DNA of 64,000 nt from assembly GCA_965214095.1 (NCBI GenBank), contig OZ243938.1, positions 928,001 through 992,000 of the forward strand, in the 5' to 3' direction. The notes below the pieces were generated by a model. That model was not told the DNA's origin. It worked only from the letters and a program-made list of their open reading frames with translations, and searched no databases. The position numbers and the translations under genes are program-made. Numbering within the stretch: the stretch's first letter is position 1; the number at the start of each line of letters is the position of its first letter. Positions 19,821 through 29,120 of the stretch are shown here, in pieces. This DNA comes from Candidatus Poribacteria bacterium. GTDB taxonomy: Bacteria > Poribacteria > WGA-4E > WGA-3G.

Positions 19821-20795
19821 TTATTCCGAATTCAGTCTTTGTCTTGCCAGTGCGGCTGCACCAAGCACACCTGCATCATCCCCCAGTTCCGCTCTCACAA
19901 TCTGAACACCTTTTAACGTATCGGGTAAAGCATACTTCTTAGCGGCTTTACGTATATTTTTTATGAAATTCTTGTCAAGTGCTTCAACAACACCCCCACC
20001 AAGCACAATCATATCTGGATTTAGGAAATTTACAATAGAACCGATACCGACACCGAGATATTTTGTCGCCTTTTTAAAGACATTCTGTGTCAATTTGTCC
20101 TTACTCCGTAGTGCTTTGGCTAATGTGCCGCTGCGAATTTGCTGAAGGTCACCGTCAGTAAGCTTAGTAATGACACTCTTTTTTCCTTTTTTCATTATAG
20201 CATTTCTTAATTGTTTTGTCATCGCCGTACGGCTTGCAAGTGCTTCCAAACATCCACGATTCCCACAACCACACTTCGGTCCACCTTCTTGGACAATAAT
20301 ATGTCCAATTTCACCGGCAGTTTTGCTAGCTCCGTGGAATAGTTCACCGTTTAGAATGATTCCACCACCGATTCCTGTGCCAACAAAGATCCCAACCAAA
20401 TTCTGTACACCGCGTCCTGCGCCGTAAGTATGTTCTCCGAGTGTGCCGACGTTAACATCGTTGTCTACAAAAGTTGGAATTCCGATGCGAGCTTCTAATT
20501 CTGTCTTTAAAGGGACATCTTTCCAACCAAGATTCGGAGCGAAGATTACAACACCTGTTTCCGGATCAAGCGGCCCCGGTGCACCGATACCAATAGCACG
20601 AATCGTATCTTCAGATACTTCCGATTTTTGGAAAGCCTCCTTAATACAGTCCGAAATTCGATCAATAACAATAGATGTATCGTCTTTTGCTTGTGTCGGC
20701 ATTTTTGCTGTGGCTAAGATATTACCTGATGCATTCACAACTGCGGAGAGGATTTTGGTGCCACCCATATCCACCCCGATAACATTAGCGTCCAT
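19821..20795 (-). CDS. ROK family sugar kinase (glucokinase-like)
   Basis: GVDMGGTK, GAPG, DNDVN, GTGIGGG, GEIGH, CGCGNRGCLE. Confidence 0.93.
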   Translation of the reverse strand: MDANVIGVDMGGTKILSAVVNASGNILATAKMPTQAKDDTSIVIDRISDCIKEAFQKSEVSEDTIRAIGIGAPGPLDPETGVVIFAPNLGWKDVPLKTELEARIGIPTFVDNDVNVGTLGEHTYGAGRGVQNLVGIFVGTGIGGGIILNGELFHGASKTAGEIGHIIVQEGGPKCGCGNRGCLEALASRTAMTKQLRNAIMKKGKKSVITKLTDGDLQQIRSGTLAKALRSKDKLTQNVFKKATKYLGVGIGSIVNFLNPDMIVLGGGVVEALDKNFIKNIRKAAKKYALPDTLKGVQIVRAELGDDAGVLGAAALARQRLNSE

Positions 20796-20841
20796 TATAA
20801 TTTCCTTTGTCTAATAGGTAATTTAAGATCTTGTAAAATTT

Positions 20842-21324
20842 CTATGTCGCAATAATCTCAAGGAGTTTTTGCTTAAAGTCCATTGCTGATAAATGCATCC
20901 ATTTATTTAGAAATGTATCATAGTCAGCAATACGATTGTTATGTGTGCGCGAGCAGAGGGTATCAACCCCAAGTAATTCATCAGACCCAAGTAATTCATC
21001 AGAATTGTAACTTGTCTTATGTTCTGTGAGGACACCCAAAATAACATCGTTGTCGTGAATATCACCAAGTATATCCTGCAGATCGACAATAGTGTCAAGA
21101 AAATCAGAAAACCGGCTGTCGTAATTGACGGCAAAGAATTCCATTGTGTACCGCAGTCTTTTCACAGAAATTCGCATGTTATGAAGTTCATCTCGTCGCT
21201 CTGGGTCATTAATATACTTTTCCCAACTGTACACCTCTTCAACTCTCTGTGGTAAAACGGTACGCGCGTTCTGACGAAAACTTTGCTTCGGATTGAGACC
21301 TATTATTTTCTGTGGCTTTGCCAT
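20842..21324 (-). CDS. CHAD domain protein, second half-domain
   Basis: ELHNMRISVKRLRY, LQDILGDIHD; own GGAGG RBS. Confidence 0.88.
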   Translation of the reverse strand: MAKPQKIIGLNPKQSFRQNARTVLPQRVEEVYSWEKYINDPERRDELHNMRISVKRLRYTMEFFAVNYDSRFSDFLDTIVDLQDILGDIHDNDVILGVLTEHKTSYNSDELLGSDELLGVDTLCSRTHNNRIADYDTFLNKWMHLSAMDFKQKLLEIIAT

Positions 21325-21325
21325 G

Positions 21326-21811
21326 TTACCCCTCCGATTGAAAGAATGTCAGAAATTTAGTTTCAAAGTCATTTACTTCAAGTTCAGCAAACAATTCCAA
21401 CATCGGTTTTCGTGCAATTTCCCGTTTCTGTTGTAAGTTTTCAATCAGTCCATGGATATCACTTTGTTCCTCGGCAGGTAGCGTTTGCAACTCCGATTGA
21501 AAATGTGTAATGAGAACATCAAGGTCACGGACTACCCCCATCGTTCGCGTTATAGTGCGTATCTGTTTGTAGTATCGCTTGAAAGGTTCTCTTTGAAAGC
21601 AATCCGAGAAGTTATCCATTGCAGCTCGTATACGACGAGAGGCAACCCTCATATCGTGGACGAATTCAATATTTGTGCCATCTATTGCCCCATTTTTGTG
21701 AGACATCATCTCTCGGAAATAGCCGACAATAATTAGTCGTGCACAGGTTTCCATATTCTCATTGGGTGCGACACCTTTGATTTCTATTGCAGCAGACATT
21801 TTAACACCCAT
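21326..21811 (-). CDS. CHAD domain protein, first half-domain
   Basis: VHDMRVASRRIRA, MGVVRDLDV. Confidence 0.88.
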   Translation of the reverse strand: MGVKMSAAIEIKGVAPNENMETCARLIIVGYFREMMSHKNGAIDGTNIEFVHDMRVASRRIRAAMDNFSDCFQREPFKRYYKQIRTITRTMGVVRDLDVLITHFQSELQTLPAEEQSDIHGLIENLQQKREIARKPMLELFAELEVNDFETKFLTFFQSEG

Positions 21812-21818
21812 TATATCA

Positions 21819-22126
21819 TACCACTTTTATAAATGATATTCCCTTTTTTATTGATAGGGTTATTTAGTTTTCGGTTTTTCTGCTATATTTTTCACATTTC
21901 AATATAACACCTGTAGGTCGGGTAGAGGCACGAAACCCGACAAGCATTGAACGTGTCGGGTTTCGCTTTGCTCTACCCGACCTACGATATAAACTCTTAG
22001 TAACGTTCATCAATTGAAAATTATTAAAACTAAATAACCCTGTTTTATTGAAATGTAAGAGGCGCAATAAATTGCTCAACTACAAATCAACTATTTCATT
22101 AATGGTATGTTCATTTTAGAATGGTA
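21819..22126. mobile_element. MITE family B with a nested family E MITE
   Basis: TCA|TACCA...TGGTA|TCA. Confidence 0.75.
21855..22042. mobile_element. MITE family E (15-bp TIR AGGGTTATTTAGTTT, 9-bp duplication) carrying a REPIN-like doublet
   Basis: TTTTATTGA at 21846-21854 and 22043-22051; inverted GTAGGTCGGGTAGAG pair at 21913-21985. Confidence 0.85.
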
Positions 22127-22163
22127 TCATTAGCAATGAATACATTTTTTCCTACCCCAGTGC

Positions 22164-23564
22164 TCAAAAAAGGAATAAACTTGCAAACAGAAAGTAGGCA
22201 AAAATCCCAATGACATCAATTGCAGTTGTAACGAATGGTCCTGTTGCAACAGCAGGATCAATATTCACACGTTTGAAAAACATCGGAATGATTGTTCCAA
22301 CCGTAGCAGCAATTATCATATTCACAAAGATAGAAAGAGCAACGACAAGTGGCAACTTCCATGCAAATTCTCGGAATTGCGGAAAAAGATAAGCGAATCC
22401 TCCGAGAAGCACACCATAAGTTGTACCGAGTAATGCCCCTGTGTTAAATTCACGCCACAAGACACGCCAAGTATCTTTGATGCCAACTTCACCAATTGCT
22501 ATACTTCGCACGATGATGGTGGAGGATTGAGTTCCTATATTTCCACCCATCCCCATGATGACAGGAATAAATGCGGCTAACGCAGCGATCTGTTTCAATT
22601 GTGCTTCAAATATACCGATAACATATACCGCCAGTAACCCACCTGCAAAACTGGCAAGTAGCCACGGCAAACGTGCTCGCGTGTTTCTGAAAATGGAACG
22701 GGATGTAATATCCAGATCACCTGTTCCTGCCATCTTAAGCATATCTTCTGTATTCTCTTCTCTGATCACATCAACGATATCGTCAATTGTTACAACACCC
22801 ACTAACTTCCCGATGCTATTGATGACAGGAATTGCCAGCAAATTGTAACGAGCAACTGCACGTGCCACCGTTTCTTGTGGCATATCCGTATGAACAGTAT
22901 ATAGATGCGATGTCATTAGATCCTTGAGTGGCGTATCAGGTTTTGTTTGCACCAGCTGCCGTAATGATAACACACCTTTTAGTGTGTTTTCTGCATCAAC
23001 GACATAGACGTAGAAGGTAATCGGCGGTATGTCTATTTCAGTGAGATCCCGTATCATCTCAGTTGCTTCAGCGGCAGTGGTCTCTTGAGGTAATGCGAAA
23101 TAATTCGGTGACATAATCGCACCCGCAGTTTTTTCCTCATACTCAAGTAACCGTTCAACATTTTCAGAGGTAGTTCCCTCAATGAGATTTAGTAGTTCCT
23201 CCTTTTTCTCTTCAGGTAATTCGGATAGGATCTGTGTGACATCGTCAGCGGGAATTGTGTGTAAGACACTGGCAACAGTTTCAGGTTCAGTTTCTTCAAC
23301 AAATTCGTTGATGTCTGTAGCGTTTAGTTCGCATAGGACCTCACCCATACGTTGTTCTTCAATTAGAAGCGTGAAAAGGCTGCTTTTTTCTTCAAAACGT
23401 AGGCGCGGAAACCATCTCGCGATATCTGCCGAATGCGTTTTAGCGATGATGTTACGAAGATTTGGCAAGGCACGCCGTTGAATCAAACGAACAACGGTAG
23501 AGATAAACAGTTCATCAACATCATGTGTTGTGATGATTGTTTGACCTTCCATATTTGTGCTCAA
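22164..23564 (-). CDS. mgtE: Magnesium transporter MgtE
   Basis: CBS domains, RLPWL, GGNIGTQ, DPAVATGPFVTT..D. Start may be ATG 23552. Confidence 0.95.
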   Translation of the reverse strand: MSTNMEGQTIITTHDVDELFISTVVRLIQRRALPNLRNIIAKTHSADIARWFPRLRFEEKSSLFTLLIEEQRMGEVLCELNATDINEFVEETEPETVASVLHTIPADDVTQILSELPEEKKEELLNLIEGTTSENVERLLEYEEKTAGAIMSPNYFALPQETTAAEATEMIRDLTEIDIPPITFYVYVVDAENTLKGVLSLRQLVQTKPDTPLKDLMTSHLYTVHTDMPQETVARAVARYNLLAIPVINSIGKLVGVVTIDDIVDVIREENTEDMLKMAGTGDLDITSRSIFRNTRARLPWLLASFAGGLLAVYVIGIFEAQLKQIAALAAFIPVIMGMGGNIGTQSSTIIVRSIAIGEVGIKDTWRVLWREFNTGALLGTTYGVLLGGFAYLFPQFREFAWKLPLVVALSIFVNMIIAATVGTIIPMFFKRVNIDPAVATGPFVTTAIDVIGIFAYFLFASLFLF

Positions 23565-23588
23565 GAATAATTTTCTATGGTGGTAATT

Positions 23589-24662
23589 TTAGGACTTTGC
23601 TTGGTGGCGGAGTAGATGATCAGTAAGCACGAGTGCTGCCATCGCCTCAACGATTGCTGGTGCACGAATTAACACACACGGGTCGTGTCGTCCGCTTGCT
23701 TCTAATGTCACCTCGTTCCCGTCTATGTCAACCGTCTGTTGTGGTTTACCAATAGTTGCTGTTGGCTTAAATGCGATTTGGAATACGATATTTTCTCCGT
23801 TTGAAATGCCACCTTGTGTGCCTCCCGAATTGTTAGTTCTGGTGCGAATCTGTCCAGACTCATTGTAGAATGCATCGTTGTGTTCAGAACCAGTCATCGT
23901 AATACCGTCAAATCCTGATCCGATTTGAAACCCCATCGTTGCGGGTAGAGACATCATCCCCTTTGCTAAATCAGCTTTAAGTTTGTCAAAGACAGGTTCT
24001 CCGAGACCTACCGGAACGTTACGGCATACGGATTCAATTATACCACCGAGAGAATCCTTATCACGCCGTGCCTGATCAATACGTTCTGCCATTTTTGGAC
24101 TTACAATTGGGTCAGGACATCGCACAGGACTTGCTTCTATTTCATCATGCGTAACCGTGTCTGCATCTACTGTGGCTTGGAGTGTATGTATCTGTTTGAC
24201 ATAAGCGAGTGTTTCAGTTTCACATCTCACATGTAGGATCTGCTTTGCAATTGCCCCTGCAGCGACGCGTCCGATGGTCTCGCGTGCACTTGCTCTACCA
24301 CCACCTTGCCAATTCCGAATACCATACTTTTCCTGATAAGTAAAGTCAGCATGTGACGGACGGTATAGGTTTTTCAGGTGTTCATAAGCGGATGGTCGTG
24401 CGTCCTTGTTCCATACTAACATAGAGATAGGCGTGCCGAGGCTTTTTCCTTCAAACACACCAGAAAGTATTTCAACAACGTCTGCCTCTTGACGCGGCGT
24501 AGTCAGATGACTTTGCCCAGGTCTCCTCCGATGAAGTTCATACTGTATAGCGTCTATGTCTATATCAATCTGTGGAGGGCACCCATCTATCACAACACCG
24601 ACAGCACCACCATGGGATTCACCCCAAGTTGTTATTCGAAAAAGGTGTCCAAAAGTATTCAT
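23589..24662 (-). CDS. aroC: Chorismate synthase
   Basis: [29 protein letters not shown]. Confidence 0.97.
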   Translation of the reverse strand: MNTFGHLFRITTWGESHGGAVGVVIDGCPPQIDIDIDAIQYELHRRRPGQSHLTTPRQEADVVEILSGVFEGKSLGTPISMLVWNKDARPSAYEHLKNLYRPSHADFTYQEKYGIRNWQGGGRASARETIGRVAAGAIAKQILHVRCETETLAYVKQIHTLQATVDADTVTHDEIEASPVRCPDPIVSPKMAERIDQARRDKDSLGGIIESVCRNVPVGLGEPVFDKLKADLAKGMMSLPATMGFQIGSGFDGITMTGSEHNDAFYNESGQIRTRTNNSGGTQGGISNGENIVFQIAFKPTATIGKPQQTVDIDGNEVTLEASGRHDPCVLIRAPAIVEAMAALVLTDHLLRHQAKS

Positions 24663-24853
24663 TTCTCAGTTCCGTTACAAACGGTTAGTCAAGTATATCT
24701 CTTCATTGCATCTTATTACATAATCTTAAGATATACTATAGCAAATTGTCAACAATCATGCAATGCAATATTTGAAGGGCATTCCACAGCATTAGATTGG
24801 GAAAAGATAGAGGAGTAATACAAGTTATGCAAAACTTGGATCATAGAGATACT

Positions 24854-25696
24854 TTAGAACTGTATCTCTGCTGAAATAAAATCAGACACTGTAGGTCCTT
24901 CATATATTCGTCCATAATTGACAATTACATCAATGATCCGCAGACCAACACCAGCAGTTATATTTCCATCAGAACTTCCGACTCGCATAGAAAATAAGGA
25001 TGATGGCACCCATTCAATACCGAAGTATTGTTCATGCTTTGCCTCCTCAGTTGAGATTGCGATGTCTGCAGAAAATAGATAGGTATCATGACGGTAGGCA
25101 GCACCGAGTGTGACCCACTGAATTCTATGTGCATCAAGATTCTGTAACAAGATTCCAAATTTGAGTTCTGGACGCGGTTTAAACAGCAAACCGATGTCAT
25201 AAGATGTGTGATAACCGAAGAATTGATAATAATCGGAAGGATGCCGACGTTTGAATTTTAGACTAAATCCCGCAGCAAAATACGGACCAAGTTGCCGTGC
25301 AAAACTGTAATAATTAAAATCTGGAACCCCACTTGATACATCAAGTGCAATTTTATTACCCCAATACAAACTGTTGCCACGCCAACTAAATCCAACACCT
25401 TTGGGGTCAAACCGGTAATAGTACTGGTCATGAAACTTAGTTAGACCGAATAGTTTAACGCCTTGCCACTGAATTAATCCTGCGGGATTCCAAAAACCTG
25501 CGGTAGCATCATCAGCAACTGCGGTAAAGGCGTTTCCCATTGATAATGCGCGTGCCCCCACATATAACGGACGTGCAATTTCAAACGGATATTTCGTTTG
25601 TCCCAATGCGTGTGTTGTCAACAACAGAAAACAAGTTGCAATGACACATATATGAAGAATCTTAAAACAACGTCCTGAAAACCCTATTCCAATCAT
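24854..25696 (-). CDS. Outer-membrane beta-barrel protein of the PorV/PorQ/FadL-like family
   Basis: Signal peptide, GARALSMGNAFTAVADDATAGFWNPAGL, C-terminal Phe. Confidence 0.8.
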   Translation of the reverse strand: MIGIGFSGRCFKILHICVIATCFLLLTTHALGQTKYPFEIARPLYVGARALSMGNAFTAVADDATAGFWNPAGLIQWQGVKLFGLTKFHDQYYYRFDPKGVGFSWRGNSLYWGNKIALDVSSGVPDFNYYSFARQLGPYFAAGFSLKFKRRHPSDYYQFFGYHTSYDIGLLFKPRPELKFGILLQNLDAHRIQWVTLGAAYRHDTYLFSADIAISTEEAKHEQYFGIEWVPSSLFSMRVGSSDGNITAGVGLRIIDVIVNYGRIYEGPTVSDFISAEIQF

Positions 25697-25720
25697 TATT
25701 TTCCTATAGATTATTTGTTA

Positions 25721-25851
25721 TACCATTTCTATAAATGTTTATTCCATTAACAAATGTTTATTCCATTAACATTTGTTAAGAATGTCTTGTAGGATGGCAC
25801 AAACTGGCAGTTTGTGCTACAAAAATGCGGTGTTTTCTATTAGAAATGGTA
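25721..25851. mobile_element. MITE family B
   Basis: TTA|TACCATTTCTA...TAGAAATGGTA|TTA; internal GCACAAACTGGCAGTTTGTGCTAC hairpin and a 19-bp tandem duplication. Confidence 0.85.
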
Positions 25852-26058
25852 TTAGTATTTGCATAATATCTTTTTGCCAATTGTAATAAATCAAGACTAT
25901 CTAAAGTATAGTATAGTCAGATGCTGATGTCAAGATGCATAAAATTGCTTTGCTTGCATCAATACACATCATCTGCTAAAATAAGACATCCATCTGAACA
26001 AAAAACCACAGCTGATTTATGAAATCAACTTGTAGAATTTCTGACCTATCACAGTAAT

Positions 26059-26739
26059 ATGAATCAATCTGAATCTGGCATCCTTTACCTCGTTAGTACA
26101 CCCATCGGTAATTTAGAAGACATCACCCTGCGCGCACTTCGCATTCTCAAAGAGGTAGACCTCATCGCTGCAGAAGACACCCGAAAAACACGCAGACTTC
26201 TATCACACTATGAGATCAAAACCCCTCTCACGAGTTATTTTGAAGGCAACCAGCAGGTAAAAGCAGAAAAACTCGTTGCAAGGTTAAAGGCAGGAGAATC
26301 TATTGCACTCGTATCAGACGCTGGTACACCGATTATTTCAGATCCCGGCTACCCACTCCTACAAGAATGTATTGCTGAATCTATCCCAATTGTGCCGATA
26401 CCCGGTGCATCAGCAATTCTTGCGGCAGCCGCTGTCTCCGGTCTCCCACTTCATAACTTCACATTTCATGGCTTTCTCTCACCGAAATCCGGCAAACGGA
26501 AACGACAATTAGCACTGCTTGCAGAGGAAGAACGCACACTTATCCTGTTTGAGTCACCGCATAGACTCTGTCGTTTCCTTGAGGACGCAATGGCTGTGAT
26601 GGGGGAACGTGATATTGTGATTACACGTGAATTAACCAAAAAATTTGAAGAGATATTCAGAGGCAATATCAGTCAGGCACTTGAAAAATTCAGAAATACT
26701 GCCCCCCGTGGGGAATTTACTATCGTAATTGGAGCATGA
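26059..26739 (+). CDS. rsmI: 16S rRNA (cytidine1402-2'-O)-methyltransferase
   Basis: LYLVSTPIGNLEDIT, AEDTR, SDAGTPxISDPG, ESPHR, RELTK. Confidence 0.96.
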   Translation: MNQSESGILYLVSTPIGNLEDITLRALRILKEVDLIAAEDTRKTRRLLSHYEIKTPLTSYFEGNQQVKAEKLVARLKAGESIALVSDAGTPIISDPGYPLLQECIAESIPIVPIPGASAILAAAAVSGLPLHNFTFHGFLSPKSGKRKRQLALLAEEERTLILFESPHRLCRFLEDAMAVMGERDIVITRELTKKFEEIFRGNISQALEKFRNTAPRGEFTIVIGA

Positions 26740-27695
26740 AATTGTCTAAAAGAAAAATGAAGGATATTAACAACATAGCAGTCATCGGTGCGGGATTGAT
26801 GGGACACGGTATCGCACAAGAGTTTGCTTGTGCTGGCTATCGTGTCTATATCCATGACATTTCCGATGATCTACTTCACAATGCCCGCGAACAGATTGAC
26901 AGAAACTTAAAACTACTTGCAGAACACGGTATTATTGAACAATCGAATATACCCGAAACACTGCAACGCATTGAGACCACAACTGAACTTTTAGCTGCCG
27001 TTGAAGCAGCTGATTATGTTGTAGAAGCAGTAACCGAGAATCTGCCGTTAAAACAACAGATTTTTGAGAAATTGGACAACTTGTGTCAACCACATACTAT
27101 TTTAGCAAGCAACACAACAGCGTTGATGCCGAGTCAGATAGGTATTAACACCAAACGTCCGGATAAGATACTCAACACACACTACTTTAATCCACCATAC
27201 TTGATTCCCCTTGTTGAGTTAATTCGGAGTCCCAACACATCTGATGAGACGGTATCTGTGACGTTTGACCTCTTAACTGCTATTGGAAAGACACCTGCTA
27301 TTATTGAGAAAGAAGCACTCGGATTTGTGGGACCGAGACTACAAGCAGCTCTCATCAGAGAAGCATTTGCGATTGTTGAACAGGGGATTGCCAGTGCTGA
27401 GACGGTTGATCTTGTCGTGCGTAATAGTTTTGGAAGACGACTTAGTGTTGCCGGACCTTTTGAAGTCTTTGAACTCGCTGGATGGGATTTGGTGCTTGCC
27501 GCCTTTGAAGAACTCTATAAAGACCTAAACAGTTCTCCCGATATCAATCCGCTTCTGCAAGAGATGGTGAATTCAGGGAAACTCGGAGTGAAATCTGGAG
27601 AAGGATTTTATCAATGGACTGATGAACGACAGCAAACCCTCCGCGACAAAATGAGTCAGGCATTGATTCATGCTATGAAAGAGGAGGAGAAATAG
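26736..27695 (+). CDS. 3-hydroxyacyl-CoA dehydrogenase family protein
   Basis: GAGLMG, EAVTE, ASNT, HYFNPP. Confidence 0.93.
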   Translation: MKLSKRKMKDINNIAVIGAGLMGHGIAQEFACAGYRVYIHDISDDLLHNAREQIDRNLKLLAEHGIIEQSNIPETLQRIETTTELLAAVEAADYVVEAVTENLPLKQQIFEKLDNLCQPHTILASNTTALMPSQIGINTKRPDKILNTHYFNPPYLIPLVELIRSPNTSDETVSVTFDLLTAIGKTPAIIEKEALGFVGPRLQAALIREAFAIVEQGIASAETVDLVVRNSFGRRLSVAGPFEVFELAGWDLVLAAFEELYKDLNSSPDINPLLQEMVNSGKLGVKSGEGFYQWTDERQQTLRDKMSQALIHAMKEEEK

Positions 27696-27827
27696 TGTGG
27701 CATCAATCGTAAGGTTATATTTAGTCTTTATCAGTTACATACTCTCACAATAATTGGCACGAACAAGCATAAACCAATTGACACCATATATGCTTTAAGG
27801 TAAATTCATTTCAAAATAACCTCATAA

Positions 27828-28054
27828 TACCATTTCTATAAATGTTTATCCCATTAACATTTGTTAAGAATGTCTTAAACGATGGCACAAACTGGATGAA
27901 GATTAAGAAATAAATAGGATAATTTCCTTGAGAAGTCCGGTGCGGTTAGGAAACCGCACCTACCGGGTTTGGGAAAATGAGAATTACCCGTTTAATAAAT
28001 TAATCTTCATGCAGTTTGTGCTACAAAATGCGGTGTTTTCAATTAGAAATGGTA
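27828..28054. mobile_element. MITE family B with a nested family D MITE
   Basis: TAA|TACCATTTCTA...TAGAAATGGTA|TAA; matches 25721-25851 apart from the insert and the 19-bp duplication. Confidence 0.85.
27896..28010. mobile_element. MITE family D (ATGAAGATTAA...TTAATCTTCAT) carrying a REP
   Basis: 11-bp TIR; inserted at the centre of a hairpin that is intact near 25797-25817. Confidence 0.8.
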
Positions 28055-28078
28055 TAACTACAAAAAAGGAATAGGCTC

Positions 28079-29050
28079 ATGATTAAAATAGGTGTTATCG
28101 GCGTAGGGGGCATGGGAAATGGACACTGCAACTCGCTCCCGAATGTAGAAAACTGTGAATTTGTAGGTGTTGCTGACTTGCGGCTTGATGCTGCACAAGC
28201 AGTTGCAGAAAAGCACAACATCAAGGCATTCCAAGACTATCATGAACTCCTTGCGCTCGTTGATGGTGTTGTTATTGCCACACCACCTGTCGCACATACC
28301 AAAGTTGTCGTTGATGCTGCAGAAGCAGGGGTTCATGCCTTCTGTGAAAAGCCATTATCATTGACACTTGATGAATCTGACGAGATGATTGCTGCACATG
28401 ATAAAGCAAGTACACATCTGATGGTCGGACAAGTTCTTCGTTTTTATCCTGTGCATGAACTCGGTAGAAAGATGGTGGATGATGGCGAAATTGGCGATGT
28501 TGTCTATATTGAAACAGATTATACTGGTCCCTACAATGCTCCACGCAATCGTCCAGAGAGTTGGTATGGCACTGTGGGTGGATTGTTAGAAAATGGCATT
28601 CACAAATCCGATTTAATCAACTGGTTCGGTGGTACGCCACTCACCGTTGCTGCGGAAGTTGGTAGTTTTTCTGGACATGACGACTGGGAGGATTATACCG
28701 TCTCCCTTATCAGATACGATACAGATGTAGTCGGTATCCTCAGATGGGGTGGTTTTCTTGGTGCGCGTGGCACAAACGATACTATTATTGATGGTTCTGA
28801 GGGGTCACTCCGTCTTGACATGGGAGCGGATGTTGCTTACATCAAAAGGCGCGGAAGCGGCGACTGGGAAGAGGTCGTTCCTGATCGTTCTGGACCGAGT
28901 CACGTTGTCGGTGAACTGACACATTTTGTTGAATGTATCCGTGATAACAAGACACCGATAATTGACGGTAGGGGTGGGAAAGATGCCGTTGCTGTAGTTT
29001 TAGCTACATATCAATCAGCAAAAGAGAAGACGAAGGTATCTCTCGTTTAG
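28079..29050 (+). CDS. Gfo/Idh/MocA family oxidoreductase
   Basis: GVIGVGGMG, IATP, CEKP. Confidence 0.93.
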   Translation: MIKIGVIGVGGMGNGHCNSLPNVENCEFVGVADLRLDAAQAVAEKHNIKAFQDYHELLALVDGVVIATPPVAHTKVVVDAAEAGVHAFCEKPLSLTLDESDEMIAAHDKASTHLMVGQVLRFYPVHELGRKMVDDGEIGDVVYIETDYTGPYNAPRNRPESWYGTVGGLLENGIHKSDLINWFGGTPLTVAAEVGSFSGHDDWEDYTVSLIRYDTDVVGILRWGGFLGARGTNDTIIDGSEGSLRLDMGADVAYIKRRGSGDWEEVVPDRSGPSHVVGELTHFVECIRDNKTPIIDGRGGKDAVAVVLATYQSAKEKTKVSLV

Positions 29051-29120
29051 GCAACTTCAGCAAACTATAGGGATGATCTTCATCCCTATAGTTACAATAT
29101 TCCCGTTAGGAGACCCACAG

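Noticed and set aside
20968-21003. 18-bp tandem duplication in the CHAD gene (SDELLG twice)
   Set aside because: This is an in-frame slippage in a probable loop, with no sign of function.
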